The notes under the pieces are model-generated. The model saw only the letters and a program-made list of their open reading frames with translations. It searched no databases and was not told the origin of the DNA. Shown here piece by piece: positions 1-15,489 of a DNA stretch of 64,000 nt. Each line of letters begins with the position of its first letter. The stretch's first letter is position 1. Source of the DNA: Eledone cirrhosa (lineage: Eukaryota). The DNA is taken from contig OZ024743.1 in the NCBI GenBank assembly GCA_964016885.1, positions 191,084,001 to 191,148,000 on the forward strand, written 5' to 3'. Position numbers and translations under genes: made by a program.

Positions 1-169
1 CCCCTTAGCAGAAGCCTCTTTTAATTTCTACTTCTCCTAAAAAGACGTTGATTGAGTGATGGTGGTAACAGAGATGTTAGCGAGAGTGATAATGATAGTG
101 ATGATGATAATACCAGTAATACTGATGATGATGATGGTGATAGTGTCGGTAATGATAATGACAAAGTCA

Positions 170-2272
170 AGCTTTAACCTAGCGAGAAAGGTTATATAGA
201 GACGGTGTCTCAATAGTGGGTGTGGAAGAAAGCTACACAAACCAATCCCATAGAATTATAATACAAAACAATAGTGAAATAATTAACGACATAAATGAGG
301 CTAGAACCATTCACAGTGAAAGTCCGTCACTAGGTAAATTTGGAGCCCCTCGCAATAGGGAAATTGATCTGGCACCGGACAGTCATTACCAAGCAGCAGA
401 TCGCACACACAATCTGCGCGCAACTAGACACAAATAGACGAAGGAAGAGTACGCTACAGTGATTGAATGTCAGGAAAAAGCAAAACCGGAAGGAAGACAT
501 GGTGTATGACGACACAATGTGGACTACTTCTGGATAGTAAAGAGCATGTTTGAGGCGTCTGAAAATAAACTAATGAATCAGGTGAGAGTGATTAGGAGAT
601 AGGGATGGTTAACTGAGGTAGAAATATCACGGATTAGTGAATGCTTAAATGAACCTGTAGATAAACAAAAAAGGGATGTTAGAACAGAAACTAACACCGT
701 CTCTACTGTTGAAGGCAGAGAGAATAATGGGCTACAAGACCAGAGAAATTGTGATGGGAATGTAAGGGTTTCTGAAGAGGAATGTTATTCATTGAACACT
801 GATATGGCTGAGGATGAGTCATTCGGATGATGAGTCGCTTGAGTTACGTGTACGGGCTGATGAATTTGAAGAATGCCCCAGAAGAAAATTATTCCCAATG
901 AATATGAGGAGGGTAGATAGGAAGATGATAATTAGAATTACAAAAAAATGCTGTCATACAACACATCAAGAAAGAAGACAAAGCAAAATTATCCGAGCTG
1001 TTGCACTGCTTGTAGTGAAGCAAATGCGACTGACAAACGCTAATGAGAGTTGGGCAAAAGAACATTGGTGGAAAAGACACCTTGAAAATGCCATAATGTG
1101 GTTGAGGCAGAATCTAAGTAAAATTGAGCAATTGTTTAGAGGAAAGTGGAAAATTGGAAAAAGGCTGATCGAGAAGCAGTAGACAAGACATATCAAATAT
1201 GGAGGAATGGATTCCATACAGTAATAGAGTAGCTAAAATAGAGAATTCTTTCGAACAGCCAGAAGGTAAAGAGATATCAGAATAGTAATAAAAGTTTCGG
1301 GGAGAATAGATTGTTCCAAAATAATTGTTTCTACTTTTGGCACAAGGCCAGCAATTACCCAGTGCATTACTGGTACTTTATTTTATCGACCCCGTAAGGA
1401 TGAAAGGCAAAGTTAACCTCGGCGGGATTTGAACTCAGAATGGCAAGGGCCGTAACTCTATACGTCAAAGCATGGCGTCCGACCCTCTACCGATACTGCC
1501 AATCCAACGTTCCAAAATAATGCAAATAAATTCGTCCGCACATTGGAAGGAAACAATGGGAATGGGAAGGATGTTATCCCTAATGTTGATAAACCCAAGG
1601 ATTTCTGGAATGGGATATGGGGCGATAGTATAAGGTTTAGAAAGGATGCCAAGGGGATAGGCACAAGTCAGAATTGCAAGTAGGAAATATACAAAGAGTT
1701 TTTACCATAAGCACAGTCAATGTGAAGGATCAAGTAGCCAAGATTTCAAACTGGAAAGCACCCAGATGTAATCCATGGCTTTTTGCTGAAAGGATGCAAT
1801 GCAGTTCATGAAAGACTGGCAACACAATTGAATGAATGATGAATGTGTCCAGAGTGGTCGAGTCCACACCCGGATATTTACAGGGAGGTCAACACTTGTG
1901 ATAAAAGATAGAAGAGGAAAGATGTGGGAATTTAGCGCCTTATAGCGTGCCTGAACATAATATGGAAGGTTCTCATAGCAATGTTTTCGAGGAAGACATA
2001 TGATTTTCTGTCACAGGAAGGAATACTACCAAGGGAACATCTAGGATGTAGGAACAGGTCCCAGGCCAGAAAGAATCACCTAATTATTGATAAGACAGTT
2101 TTGACGCATTGTAAGAAACATCATACAAACATATCTATTGCCTGGATTGACTTTATGAAAGTCATATGACTTGGTGCCTCGTTCTTGGATTGGTAAATGA
2201 CTGTGGATGATTGGTATTACTGACAATATCACAATGTGTCTGCTGATAGTGTGCCTGAGTGGAAAACCAAGT
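170..2272 (+). mobile_element. Degenerate 5' half of an R4/Dong-clade non-LTR retrotransposon (N-terminal region and RT domains 0-3)
   Basis: Broken frames give K*TKEEYATVIEC (~432), NWKAPR (~1750) and EGILPREHLGCRNRSQARKNHLIIDKTVLTHCKKHHTNISIAWIDFMK (1981-2169), typical of R4/Dong RT. Ends in (ATT)n. Interrupted by a SINE. Confidence 0.8.
1321..1508 (-). mobile_element. tRNA-derived SINE (octopus-type, Meta/MESC-like central domain) inserted in the Dong remnant
   Basis: Reverse strand has A box TGGCAGTATCGG, B box GAGTTCAAATCC and GCCTTTCATCCTTACGGGTCGATAAAATAAAGTACCAG. Flanked by the direct repeat GTTCCAAAATAAT. Confidence 0.85.
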
Positions 2273-2824
2273 GATTATTATTATTAATATTCATATTCTG
2301 TGAAGACGTGTTGTGAAGTCCCGACGGCTTTGTTTATGTTAAGTTGTTAAAATTGTGATGGTGGAAATAACTGTGTTGTTAACTCTGAATACAGCATCAT
2401 AAATTACCCCCTGAAAAGGCGACCGCATCGTATTTGGGACTAGAGCGCAAATATCTGAACATTATAATTTCGTTTTAATAAGAAAATTGGAAACGACAAA
2501 CCCCTCAATAACGCAGCAAAGATTCGCATTCGAGTCTAAAGATAGAAAGCAGCGCCACCACCTCCACCATCACCAATGTCACCACTCACACCACCACCAC
2601 TACATAAAACAAGGCCAAAGTAACAATAGCGAATGCAACAACGTTAACAACAACATAGAGGATAGGTAATGAGACTATTTGTTTGAAGACGAATCGAATA
2701 TACTTATTAAGGATGGAATGCAAAAGGGTAGTAGACGTAAATGTTAAATCCGGTAAATTTAGGAACCCAGAATTCTATATAGTCAAGGAAAGACAGTGCT
2801 CCGCTTTCAACCTCATCATCAACA

Positions 2825-4300
<1,476 letters not shown>

Positions 4301-4342
4301 TTATATAGAACAAGTGATATTAATATTGATATTTATACGTAT

Positions 4343-4454
4343 AATAATTGTTTCTACTTTTGGCACAAGGCCAGCAATTACGCAGTTCATTACTGGTACT
4401 TTATTTTATCGACCTGGTAAGAATGAAAGGCAAAGTTAACCTCGACGGCATTTG
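4343..4454 (-). mobile_element. 5'-truncated copy of the tRNA-derived SINE
   Basis: Matches the 3' half of the SINE at 1321-1508. Confidence 0.8.
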
Positions 4455-4554
4455 TGATAATTGTTTATATTAGTGTTAGCATCATCAATATTATCATTGT
4501 TTTTGTTATTATTATTCTGATTATGCTTATTATTATTATTATTATTATTCTTTC

Positions 4555-5045
4555 AGTCTCAGTCATTGATGTTAGTTAACTGGAAAGTTTGTTGAAATGA
4601 ATATCAAGCCACTACCTGCAGCCTCAGATATTCAGGACGTATCGGAGGGTTCTTGCTGTTCCCAGCAATCATGCCTTTTGAAGCGTTCCAAAAAGCGGGG
4701 TGCTGCCAATTTTCTTTAACCATCCCTGGAAACTTTTTGAGATAGTCCCTAGTGCGCCTATGACAATCGGAACCACTTTGACTTCATGGCAGTTCCAAAT
4801 CTTTTTTACCTCCCACTTTAAGACCTGGTATCGGTTAATTTTCTTCCTCTCCTTCTCTTGCACTCTCGTGTCGAATGGGCAGGCTACATCTACAATCAGG
4901 CACGATCTTTTTTCTTTGTCAACAACCACCAGGTCAGCTCTATTGTGTTCCAGTTTCTTGTCCGTCTGTATCCTAAAATCCCACAGCACCTTCACCTGAT
5001 CGTTTTCTATCACCGACTCTGGCTTATGCTCATACCACTTCTCAT
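4555..5045 (-). mobile_element. R4/Dong 3' end with restriction-like endonuclease (RLE)
   Basis: KWYEHKPESVIENDQVKVLWDFRIQTDKKLEHNRADLVVVDKEKRSCLIVDVACPFDTR...VVPIVIGALG is a PD-(D/E)xK RLE. Flanked by TAA/TGA triplet repeats. Confidence 0.9.
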
Positions 5046-5833
5046 TATTATTATTATCATCATGATCATCATCATCATGATCATCATCATCATCATCATC
5101 ATTGTTGTTATTATTGATATTAATGTGTGTGTTTATACACACACATGCACACACACAAACACATGCACACACACACACACACACACATACATATATAGAC
5201 ACCCACAGAAATATCCATAATATGTATATATATTTATATGCAGAGAGTGAAAGAGAACGAGAGAGGTGGAGGGAAAATTTGACAGGAAATAAAATTGAAA
5301 AATACATTTTATTTTAATTTTTGTTACTTAAATCTGAATGAAGTTGAAAAACGATACAAAACAAACACTTATTTGAAATGAGAAATAAAACGTGAGTGTA
5401 AAACATAATATAGAGATAAAGCTTAAAAGACATATTGCAATTTCAATAAATATATAAACATAAATATTTTTAATGACAAAGCTGCACAAATCTTGAACGC
5501 TTTAAGCAAATAATAATATGTTGTTTTTCGTAATATTACACATGCAATACGTGTAATTTCAGACTATGAATATTTGTCAGTTTTGATGCCATATTTCTGA
5601 ATAAAATATATTTTGAGACCCTTTTTCATTTATTGTTTCCCTCATTTCATGTTGTTAAAATTATTTAAGTTATATAAATGTCAGCGTCCTGGCCATTTCT
5701 TTATAAATACATCAATATTCACCGTCTTCTTGTTATTTTCAGTGTTATGTCATTGGTATAACCGACGGTTAATCTATTGGCGTTAGTTGTTGTTGGTTGG
5801 CACCAAATTAGCTGTAGTTAGTTTCGATGAAGG

Positions 5834-6087
5834 CAGCAGCGTGCAGAGCTCTTATGATGCCATGGGCAAATCTTGATTGTATGCCCCATAAACTCAAGTA
5901 TAAGGCCGAATATACTGAGAAATATTATGAGAAAGGAAAACATATTCAATATATAAATACAGATGAAACATGACATAAACGTTTTATTCGATTTTAATAT
6001 AAATCAAAGATGCCCCCATCCAAAGAATGCCCTGGGCCAACGCACATTGCTCCCCCCCCCCCACACACACACCACAGCACGCTACTG
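5834..6087. mobile_element. hAT-type MITE
   Basis: TIRs CAGCAGCGTGC / GCACGCTACTG. 8-bp TSD GATGAAGG (5826-5833) / GATGAAGT (6088-6095). Confidence 0.75.
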
Positions 6088-6704
6088 GATGAAGTTGATA
6101 TTTGGTGAAATTACTTCCTTGCCAAGCATCCCATACATAGGGGAATGTATGTTTTTGTACATCTATTTACAAAGATGGAATTAAGTATACAAACTCAGAA
6201 CATACGGAATTTGTGAGATAATTAACTTTTTTATAGTCGATCGAAAAGATCCCGTATCTTATTAGTTTACTGAGTGGGGTCGTCCTCGGCAAATCGGACA
6301 TTGTTTCCATTAGACTTTCCATTGCGGGTACTATCTACCGGTCCCAATTCTTAGCAGAAAGAACAAACTGAAATTAAGTGCATTGCTCAATGACATATCA
6401 CATCACCCGGTCGGGGAATCGGTCAGCCGAGGCATATCAAATAGCTCAATGTATTAAAATCTTAATATGCGATTCAGCATATTGCATAAGACAGCAAGAC
6501 AGATAAGTATGCATTAATCCCTTTCACTATCATGAAAAGTTAATTTTGAAATTCAATAATTACTCTTAAGTGTAGTCGCTCCTTCATGGCAAACTTGGAC
6601 CAGCTGTAAATGTATGAGATTTCATTACAGATTAAACAACGAGTGATCTCTAAGCTTTAGTAATTCAAAGTAAAATTCCATGCATCTTAGTTGCAATACC
6701 ATTT

Positions 6705-9700
6705 GGGACCATCTCTTTTGCAAAGGTGGCGCGCAACGTAGAAACAGTCCTGATCTGAGGAGGAGATGGCGGTCAGACAAATGAGAGGGTAGAACTCATA
6801 CTCCTCCCCGACCTCTCACAGCTGGACATGGAGTATGAGGCGGCTGAGAAGTGGAAAACGGTTGTCAACAAAAATAACAAACGCAAAAACACCACAGCTT
6901 CTCCCTCCAAAAGCGAAGGCAAAGAAACAGGGATAAAGGCTGCAGTGAGACTTGCAGCAACACTACCACCATCACCATCACCACCACAAGCATCACCAGC
7001 AACAACAACCACACCAGCACCAGCATCACCAAAAACACCAACATCGCAAACAAAACGAAGCACACACATCCAACAGCAACAAGAAAACAGCAACAAAATC
7101 AACATCCCGCTAAAAAAGTACACAGCCATAAATATCACACACAAAGGATTAATGGAACATATAAAACAACACACAGACATTACGGACTCAAATTACTACA
7201 CCCCACCAACACCAAGAACATTACCCAAAAACATTACAATTGACGAAATTCAACTGGAAGACTATAAACAATTAAAGCAAAAATTCCCCAACGCAGTTGG
7301 AGTTTCAGGGGTTCGCTCTCCAAAAGAATATATATTGATATCATCATGGAGACACCCATGACCAGCCGGAGAGACGTTTCTACTGTCCCTTCCCCACAGA
7401 ATCAAGGTAAGGGATCCTTTCTCCCTTACCATGTTTCCTCATCCAGCATAACCGTACTAAAAATAGGCAGTATAAATATACGTGGCCTGGGGTCATCTTG
7501 GAAGCAGGGTCACCGGCTCAACGACCTCAGGTCACTAAACATAGATGTGGTGGCCATAAGCGAGACCAGAATCTCCGAAACATGGGCCTTCGCACCGATC
7601 TTCGGCGGCTACGATGTGTACGCATCTCCCAGTCGGCCGTGATCGGGGGGAGGGGTTGCCGTCTTTTTTCGGAGAGGCTTGGATTTCGCCATACGGGCCA
7701 TCTTCGTGGACCCAGACGGTAAGTCGGTGGTGTTGGACGTGACCGGTAGCGAAGGCAATGCTTTCAGGCTAGTAGCCGTCTACGCCCCAACTGGGACTGG
7801 ACGGCCAGATTTCTTCAGACGTCTAGAGACCTTTCTTGGAACGTCCCGTTCTTTAGTGTTAGTGGGCGACTGGAACGGTATCTTGGATGTACACTGGGAT
7901 TTGTGGGGCTAGTGAATAGGAGAGGAGGGTGCAAGAGCCTCACCAACCTCCTCAGACGTTTTGAACTGTCTGACAGGTATCGACTGGATCACCCGAATGT
8001 GCCAATGTGAACATGGACAAACCGTATCGGGTCATCCAGATCGTATCTCGATAGGGTATTCTGCAGAGAACAAGATAAGGCTATTATAAGTTGTCCACAA
8101 TTTAAAATAGTCGACTACACAGACCACAAATTTGTGATCTGTGAGATCGACATAGACAGATTTCATAGACAAGGGCCCGGTTACTGGAAGCTGAACGCGT
8201 ATTTCCCGGCGCGCAAAGCCTACAGAGACCGGATTAGCGTATTAGTTAAGCGGGTGTTGACGGGAGGGGTCGTCAACAACAGGGGGTGGTTTGCCCTGAA
8301 AAGGGGAATTAAAGTAGAGTCGATTAGGTTTAGCATATGACTAGCGATAGAGGAAAATAGTGTAGAGGGAGAGCTAGTCAGAAAGCTAGAAGAGGCGTTT
8401 AGGACAGGCATCGCAACCGACATGCTTGCGGTTTGATTGGCACTCGACCAATTCTTCAACGCAAAACACGATGGCTGCGTTGTCAGAGCTAGAACGCGTG
8501 CTCTGAAACACGAGGGGATGAAAGCCGTCTAATGGGCCCGGGTGGCAGAGGCGCGACGTGGCAACAAAGCCACAATTCAGTCTTTGTCTGACCAAAACCG
8601 ACGCGTGTTGCTCGAACCCGATCAGATGTGCGAGGCTTTTCAGCAGCACTTTGCTCAATTATTCGGGAGCAGCGGCGAGTCGGATCGGGGTATGGATTTC
8701 AGTGCATACCTCGACGGACTGCCTCAGCTCTCGACGACCACGGCAGAATGTTGCGAAAAGCCAATAACAGCTGGTGAAATACAGGAAGCGATGGCTAACT
8801 GCACGAGGGGTAAATGGCCAGATTTGGATGGTCTGCTCTACGAGCTTTATGCATTTATGCCAGACTTGTTCGGTGACCTCTTGGCAGACGTCTACTGCAA
8901 CTGGCAGCAGAAGGGGAGCATTCCCAGTTTTGTGAGCCGGGGAGCGGTGGCACTGCTGAGAAAGGACCCGAACAAGGGGGATGTTATCGATAAATTTAGG
9001 CCCATAACCCTGCTAAACGCAGAGTTCAAGATTGTGGCCAAGGTGTTAGCAACGAAATTGGCGCTTGTCGTAGAGGGTCTGGTGGGAGAGGCGCAGTCAT
9101 GCGTTATTCCGGACAGATCCATACAGGGCAACCTCCACCTCATTTGATACATCATAGAGAGGGTGGTTAAGGAACCTGGCACTGGTGAGGCCCTGCTCAA
9201 CTTGGATCAATCCAAAGCATTCGATAGGGTCAACCATCGGTATCTGGCGGTGGTCCTCGAGGCAGTCGGTTTCGGGCCCGTTTTCAGGGGTTGGATCGCT
9301 GCGATGTACAGCGACATCTGCTCAGTTGTGAGTGTGAACGGTCAGCTGTTGCAGCCGTTCAGCATCATGCTTTCGGTCCGCCAGGGTTGTCCCCTCTCGT
9401 CCCTCTTGTACGTATTGGCTCTCGAGCCGTTACTGCACAAACTGGGGGCGAAGAGGAGCGTCCCATGTGAACTAGGATGCGGTAAATCTGAGTCGGATTA
9501 CGCCGACGACATCACCGTGGTGGTGTCGAACACCAGACACGTCAAGATCCAGTCCTGGGTCAGGAAAAAACCGAGGGATAGCGCTTGGAAACTGGAATGT
9601 TTCTAGGCGCTCACAGCCCTCTGCTAGCTGGGCACCAGTATCGGTGGAACATCCACCTCAGCGTTCTATAGAGGATTAGTGGAGGGAAAGAGCGACGACA

Positions 9701-10596
9701 TTCTCGGAGAAATCCTGGGACGTCGAAGAAAATCAGCTGTTTGCTCTCTTCCGGAGAACTTTCAGCCCAGGGCCTATGGATAACTTCCAGAAATCCCTGG
9801 CCTGGCAGTGCTACCGGGGAGCGCTGCCGGTTCGAGATAAGCTGTACAGGCACGGAAGTGCCGTCAGCCGAGCATGTCCGAGATGCGCGCAGAACGATGA
9901 AACCGTCCTGCACGCACTCGTTCAGTGCCCGAGCATTGTTGACTTGTGGAGCTATGTCGAACAGTTGCTGTCGCGTGTAGGATTGATCTGGTTATCGACT
10001 GAGTCCATTGTGCAGATGGTCTTGCCGTCTTCCTTCGAGGAGGAAGGGCAGATGGTTTTCATCTGCCTGGTGGCCATGGCGAAAGATATTGTGTGGTGGA
10101 CAAGGTTAAAAGGGTTAAAGACAGACACTTTCCTCTTCGGTGGATCCCTGATTAACTTTTTCAAGTTTCACTTGAAGAGGAAAATCAGGGTGGAGAGGCA
10201 AGCGCTGTCTTCTAGCAAGTTTGTTGAAAGGTGGGTGAATGTAGCAAGAATGGTCCGGGTGAACGGGACCGCTCTTAATATACGCATGTAGTTTGAGGAA
10301 TGGAAAAATTTAGAGAGGGCGCTTGTCTTGGTGGTCAGAGTGGCCATGGGATTTTGTGTGGTTTTCGCCACGAGTAACCCTCGGAGGTTTCCCCCCTATT
10401 GGGGAATTTTTCATTGATTGAATTTTCATTTTCATTGTTTATATATATATGTTTCTATGTCTTTTTTTCTTTTTCATTTGTTATATAAATAATAAAAAAT
10501 ATTTACACGCACAAAACCCACATCGTACCGTCCTGTACCGTCCTGTGCCGTCTGTAATGTTTATCTTGATGTCAGCCCTTGTGGCCAATGAAGAAA

Positions 10597-10634
<38 letters not shown>

Positions 10635-10650
10635 ATTATTATTATTATTT
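6705..10650 (+). mobile_element. Tx1/L1-clade LINE, 5'-truncated with internal deletions (ORF1 C-terminus, APE endonuclease, RT, 3' UTR, (ATT)n tail)
   Basis: IGSINIRGL..VAISET (APE), LVGDWNG, FRPITLLNAEFKIVAKVLA, LDQSKAFDRV, VRQGCPLS, YADD, CPRC..ETVLHALVQC. Stops present, and a deletion at ~9545 relative to the 23.5-kb copy. Confidence 0.92.
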
Positions 10651-11085
10651 GAGTCTCAGTCATTGATGTTATTTAACTGGAAAGTTTGTTGGAATGAATA
10701 GCAAGCCGCTTCCGGCAGCCTCAGACATTAAGGACGCATCGGAGGGTTCTTGCTGTTCCCAGCAAGCATGCCTTTTGAATTGTTCCAAAAAACGGGACTG
10801 GACTAATCTTCTTTAACCATCCTTGGAAACTCCTTTAGATAGTACCCAGTGCTCCTATGACAATCGGATTTAAACTGGCAGTTCCAAATCCTTTTTAACT
10901 CCCACTTTAAATCGTGGTATCGGTTAATTTTCTCCCTCTCCTTCTCTGTATACTCTCGTGTCAAATGGGCAGGCTACATCTACAATCAGGCACGATCTTT
11001 TTTCCTTGTCCAAAACTATTAGGTCAGGCCTGTTGTGTTCTAATTTCTTTTCCGTCTGTATCCTAAAACCCATAGCACCTTCCCT
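10651..11085 (-). mobile_element. R4/Dong 3' end (RLE), tail-to-tail with the Tx1 element
   Basis: Closely similar to 4555-4995. Confidence 0.88.
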
Positions 11086-11662
11086 ATTGTTATATATATA
11101 TTGATTTATATTAAAACTAACAGTTATTCACTAGGAAAAAATTGTACCACAGATTCTGAAACGTCTTTGTTACAAACTTGACCATGGTACTGGCTGAATA
11201 CGTAACTATAAACCTTTTGCTTATTTTCTAGTACTATGCTGAGTTATTAATGCTAATGTTACGTTATTTGTATAGATTCTAAGATATCCTTGGTTTCCGT
11301 GGTAATGTTTGCTTTAATCTACAAATGAAGGCATTTCATCACAGTTTTATGTAAAACATATTTGTTAAGTTATATTCCAAACACTAGTTTATTAATGAAA
11401 GCGTAAATTATTTTACTAAACATCCTGATTAATGATCATAATGAAAACTACACAAATTGTGCATTTCATAAAAAATGTAGTAAAGGTAAACCTTTTTAGT
11501 ATACACATAGGTACATCTGCCACATATGCCGGTAGATGGAGAAGAGAAATACTGTAAATTGATTTTCGAAACTAGTTAGATTTCTCATCAGATGTTGATT
11601 CGTTTCATCTAAATAATCACAAGGAAATACGTAACTGAGCGGCTTCTACAATCTAGAACTTA

Positions 11663-11738
11663 TAATAGATTCTAATATGTGTTCTAATAAGATGCATACG
11701 AATTTGTATTTTATTAGAACACATATTAGAATGTTATT
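11663..11738. repeat. Imperfect palindrome/hairpin (~33-bp arms)
   Basis: ATTCTAATATGTGTTCTAATAA ... TTATTAGAACACATATTAGAAT. Confidence 0.8.
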
Positions 11739-12118
11739 AAGAAATAGATGCTAAAGTTGTCAAGACATCTGATAGTTACATTATTTTTAAGTTATTTCGT
11801 TATGCATGACTTGTAATTCGTTTGTTCAAATGAAGGAAAATGATCAAATACTGAAAAAACAAAATTTGTTGAGTGAAAACAAGTTTCGTTTTTAATTTTA
11901 GGCAAAGCCAGCCGTTAACTCGCACGGAATGCAAATTAGGCTAATCAACCGATGTATACTTTATATTCTCAACAATTCTAGCTTGTAACAGAAAGGAAAG
12001 AAATACAGAATATTGTAGATTGATTTTCTCTCTGTTACGACTGGAACAAAAAGATGGCGTAATGAGGCTATTTGCTTGCAAACGAACCGAATATTAATAA
12101 TATTGTTATTTTCCCTCA

Positions 12119-12310
12119 GGCGGTGGATTGACAGTATCAGTAGAGCGTCGGACACTCTGCTGTGCAGCATAGAGTTATCGACCTTTATGTTCTAAGTTCA
12201 AATCCAGCCGAGGGTAACTTTGCCTTTCTTCCTTACAGGGTCGATAAAACAAAGTACCAGTAATACAATGGGGTAATTGCTGGCCCTGTGCAAAAAGTAA
12301 AAACAATTAT
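12119..12310 (+). mobile_element. tRNA-derived SINE
   Basis: A/B boxes and GGTCGATAAAACAAAGTACCAG core. Confidence 0.85.
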
Positions 12311-12653
12311 TATTATTCCCTCACAAATGCAGATCAATTACTGAAAATACGAAAACATCGTCAGTTAAAAGTTTTCCCCATATCTTGAGGTTTACTGTAT
12401 ATACAGTGTAGATATAACAGAAATTGCGTAAATGTGTAAATAAATATACAGGCGTGTAAACATGGCAAATATACGTAGTTCTGTGTAAGTTGAGAAAGTG
12501 ATAAACACTTTAATTTTATTTTTGAACCTAGTCGAGTTACTCATCTGACATTATGTTTATCATCTAAACCAATGCAACGTAATCATCTTTTCACGTTACA
12601 GGTGAATATGTATATTTGGCATGCTTATATGTCTATTTACTAAAAACTGTGTC

Positions 12654-12729
<76 letters not shown>

Positions 12730-12732
<3 letters not shown>

Positions 12733-13396
12733 ATGAGAAGAAAGAGGAAAACTGCGTGGTTGCACATGGGTTACATATTATAAAATTAGTCCCTCATCAG
12801 TGATTTGCCAACCATCATTGGTATTTCATTGCATTAAAGATCATATACCTCAGGTTGGTGCGAGCAATAACTAAAATAAGCTATTGGGACACGTGAATCG
12901 CGTAAAGCGAGTGAGACAAGTAAACAACATAGAAGGAAAAGCAAACCGAAGGTAGGAAAAAAGCAAGCAACATGATGGTTATCCGATCAGCATAAGCTGG
13001 GTGAATTTCATGAGCGGTCGGAAAACAGACCGTTCGACGTGAATGAGATGTGAGAAAGAAAGAATCCCACTACTAACGAACGGAAGGAAGTGAGAAGGGG
13101 AGACACAGAGAGTGAGTGAGTGGAAGTGCGAGGAAGAGGTCAGTCGAGAGAAAGGGTAACTGACAGAGGGGGCGAAATAAGGTGAGAGAAACAGAGAGAA
13201 CGCGGGAGCAGAAAGAGAGAAACAGACAATCGCAGTCGAGGTAAATATGTATAAAAAACATTGGAAAAAAGAGGAAAACTGCGTGGTTGCACATGGGTTA
13301 CATATTATAAAATTAGTCCCTCATCAGTGATTTGCCAACCATCATTGGTATTTCATCGCATTAAAAATCATATACCTCAGGTTGGTGCGAGCAATG
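12730..13396 (-). mobile_element. ORF-less element with ~130-bp direct terminal repeats (pLTR-like); related copy at 47880-48475
   Basis: 12740-12868 is repeated at 13268-13395. Shares TCATCAGTGA...CATATACCTCAGGTTGGTGCG with 47927-47996. Bounded by (TA)n. Confidence 0.55.
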
Positions 13397-13699
13397 TTAC
13401 CTCTATTCTGTAAATATACCAATAGAATTTTGTTATGAAGCTTCCGAGTTATATGATTTCCTAACATATAATCAAATAAATATAGTTAATGAGCCTTTAT
13501 ATAAAAATCAAGCCAGAATAAATAAAAATTTAAACTGAAGGTCGCTTCGTATTTTCAATAATTTATCATTTTCTTCCGTTTGCACAAATGATTTACAACT
13601 AATACATTATAAAATAACCCTTATATGCAATGTAACTATCAGCTATCTGTAATTTATAATAAATATTTCAGAACAGCATGCAAGGAAGAAACTACATAG

Positions 13700-14076
13700 T
13701 TGTCGGACACCATGCTTTGAACAATAGAGTTACGTCCCTTTATGATCTGAGTTCAAATCCCGCCGAGGTTAACTTTGCCTTTCATCCTTACGGGGTCGAT
13801 AAAATAAAGTACCAGTAATGTACTGATGATTTGCTGGCCTTGTGCGAAAAGTAGAAGCAATTGTTTTGTGTATTGTTGTGTAATGGCGGGGGATTGGCAG
13901 TATCGGTAGAGGGTCGGACGCCATGCTTTGACGCATAAAATTACGGCCCTTGCCATTCTGAGTTCAAATCCCGCCGAGGTTAACTTTGCCTTTCATTCTT
14001 ACGGGGTCGATAAAATAAAGTACCAGTAAATCACTGGATAATTGCTGGCCTTGTGCCAAAAAGAAGAAACAATTAT
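13700..14076 (+). mobile_element. Two tandem copies of the tRNA-derived SINE (13700-13865, 13885-14076)
   Basis: B box and core motif occur twice, with a shared 3' flank TTTTGTGTATTGTT. Confidence 0.85.
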
Positions 14077-14504
14077 TTTGTGTATTGTTATGTAGGACTG
14101 GAACTGGGTTAGTATTCATTTCGTTATATTTTTCGAATGTTGCACATTTCCTCCTTAATTCCATGTTGTTTATTAATCACTTCACAACCAATACATATTA
14201 AGTCCAAACATTAGAGTCGTTAGGAAATACAAGCTACTATGTCATTTTATCAAGTTGTGGACACATAATATATAAGGACACGCAATAGGTGAAGAGATAT
14301 TCTGATTGGACAATGTGTGATTATGTAGAATAAAAAATGAGAACACAAAATTATCTTTCACTTGCTTAATGAAGTAGCAGGTTATACACACAAACGCACA
14401 TTCACACACACACACAAACACACACAAGCACACACAAACACAGATAAATATATGTGTGTGTGTGGTGTCTTTGTGTGCGTGTCTATCTATCTATATATAT
14501 ATAT

Positions 14505-14725
14505 ATATATATAGATATATGTTTCGCTTATATATATATAGATATATGTTTCGCTTATATATATATATAAATATATGTTTCGCTTATATATATATAGATA
14601 TATGTTTCGCTTATATATATATAGATATATGTTTCGCTTATATATATATAGATATATGTTTCGCTTATATATATATAGATATATGTTTCGCTTATATATA
14701 TATATAGATATATGTTTCGCATGTT
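14505..14725. repeat. Minisatellite, ~8 copies of a 27-29 bp unit GATATATGTTTCGCT(TA)n
   Basis: Directly visible tandem units. Confidence 0.9.
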
Positions 14726-15126
14726 TTCGCTTAAGTGAGTGTATATATATATATATATATATATATAGGTGTGTGTGCGTGTGTGTGTATGCGTGTGTGT
14801 GTGTGCATGTGTGTGTGCGTGTGTGCGTGCGTGTGAGTGCGTGTGTGTGTGTATACGTAATATACAGAATACTCTGATGGAAAGGAAGTGGAGTCCGATA
14901 GAGAGGATGAAGGATATGGGTGTGGAAATGGCCATTGTTATATAGATTAAAGCCTTATGTTTAGTTACTAATGACGTGCTAAATTATTAGTTTTAGACAG
15001 TACGATGCAACTAATGTCATTAGATCTTGAGCCTTGAATTGTGTTATGAAACTCACAAAAATATTGAATAAAATGCCTCTAGCTATTTTCTGACATGCAC
15101 ACACGTGAACTTCCATACAAACATTC

Positions 15127-15162
<36 letters not shown>

Positions 15163-15191
15163 TCATCATATTTATACACGCATACACACAT

Positions 15192-15258
<67 letters not shown>

Positions 15259-15268
15259 CAAACACACC

Positions 15269-15312
<44 letters not shown>

Positions 15313-15402
15313 GTCGTCAAGTATAAAATTTGCAGAAATTTATTCTTTTTCTAGAAAGAAATTTTTACAAATTTCATACTTGAAGAACTTATATATATAT
15401 AT

Positions 15403-15489
<87 letters not shown>

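Noticed and set aside
14505-14725. Regularly spaced repeat resembling a CRISPR array
   Set aside because: The spacers are only (TA)n, there are no cas genes, and the context is eukaryotic.
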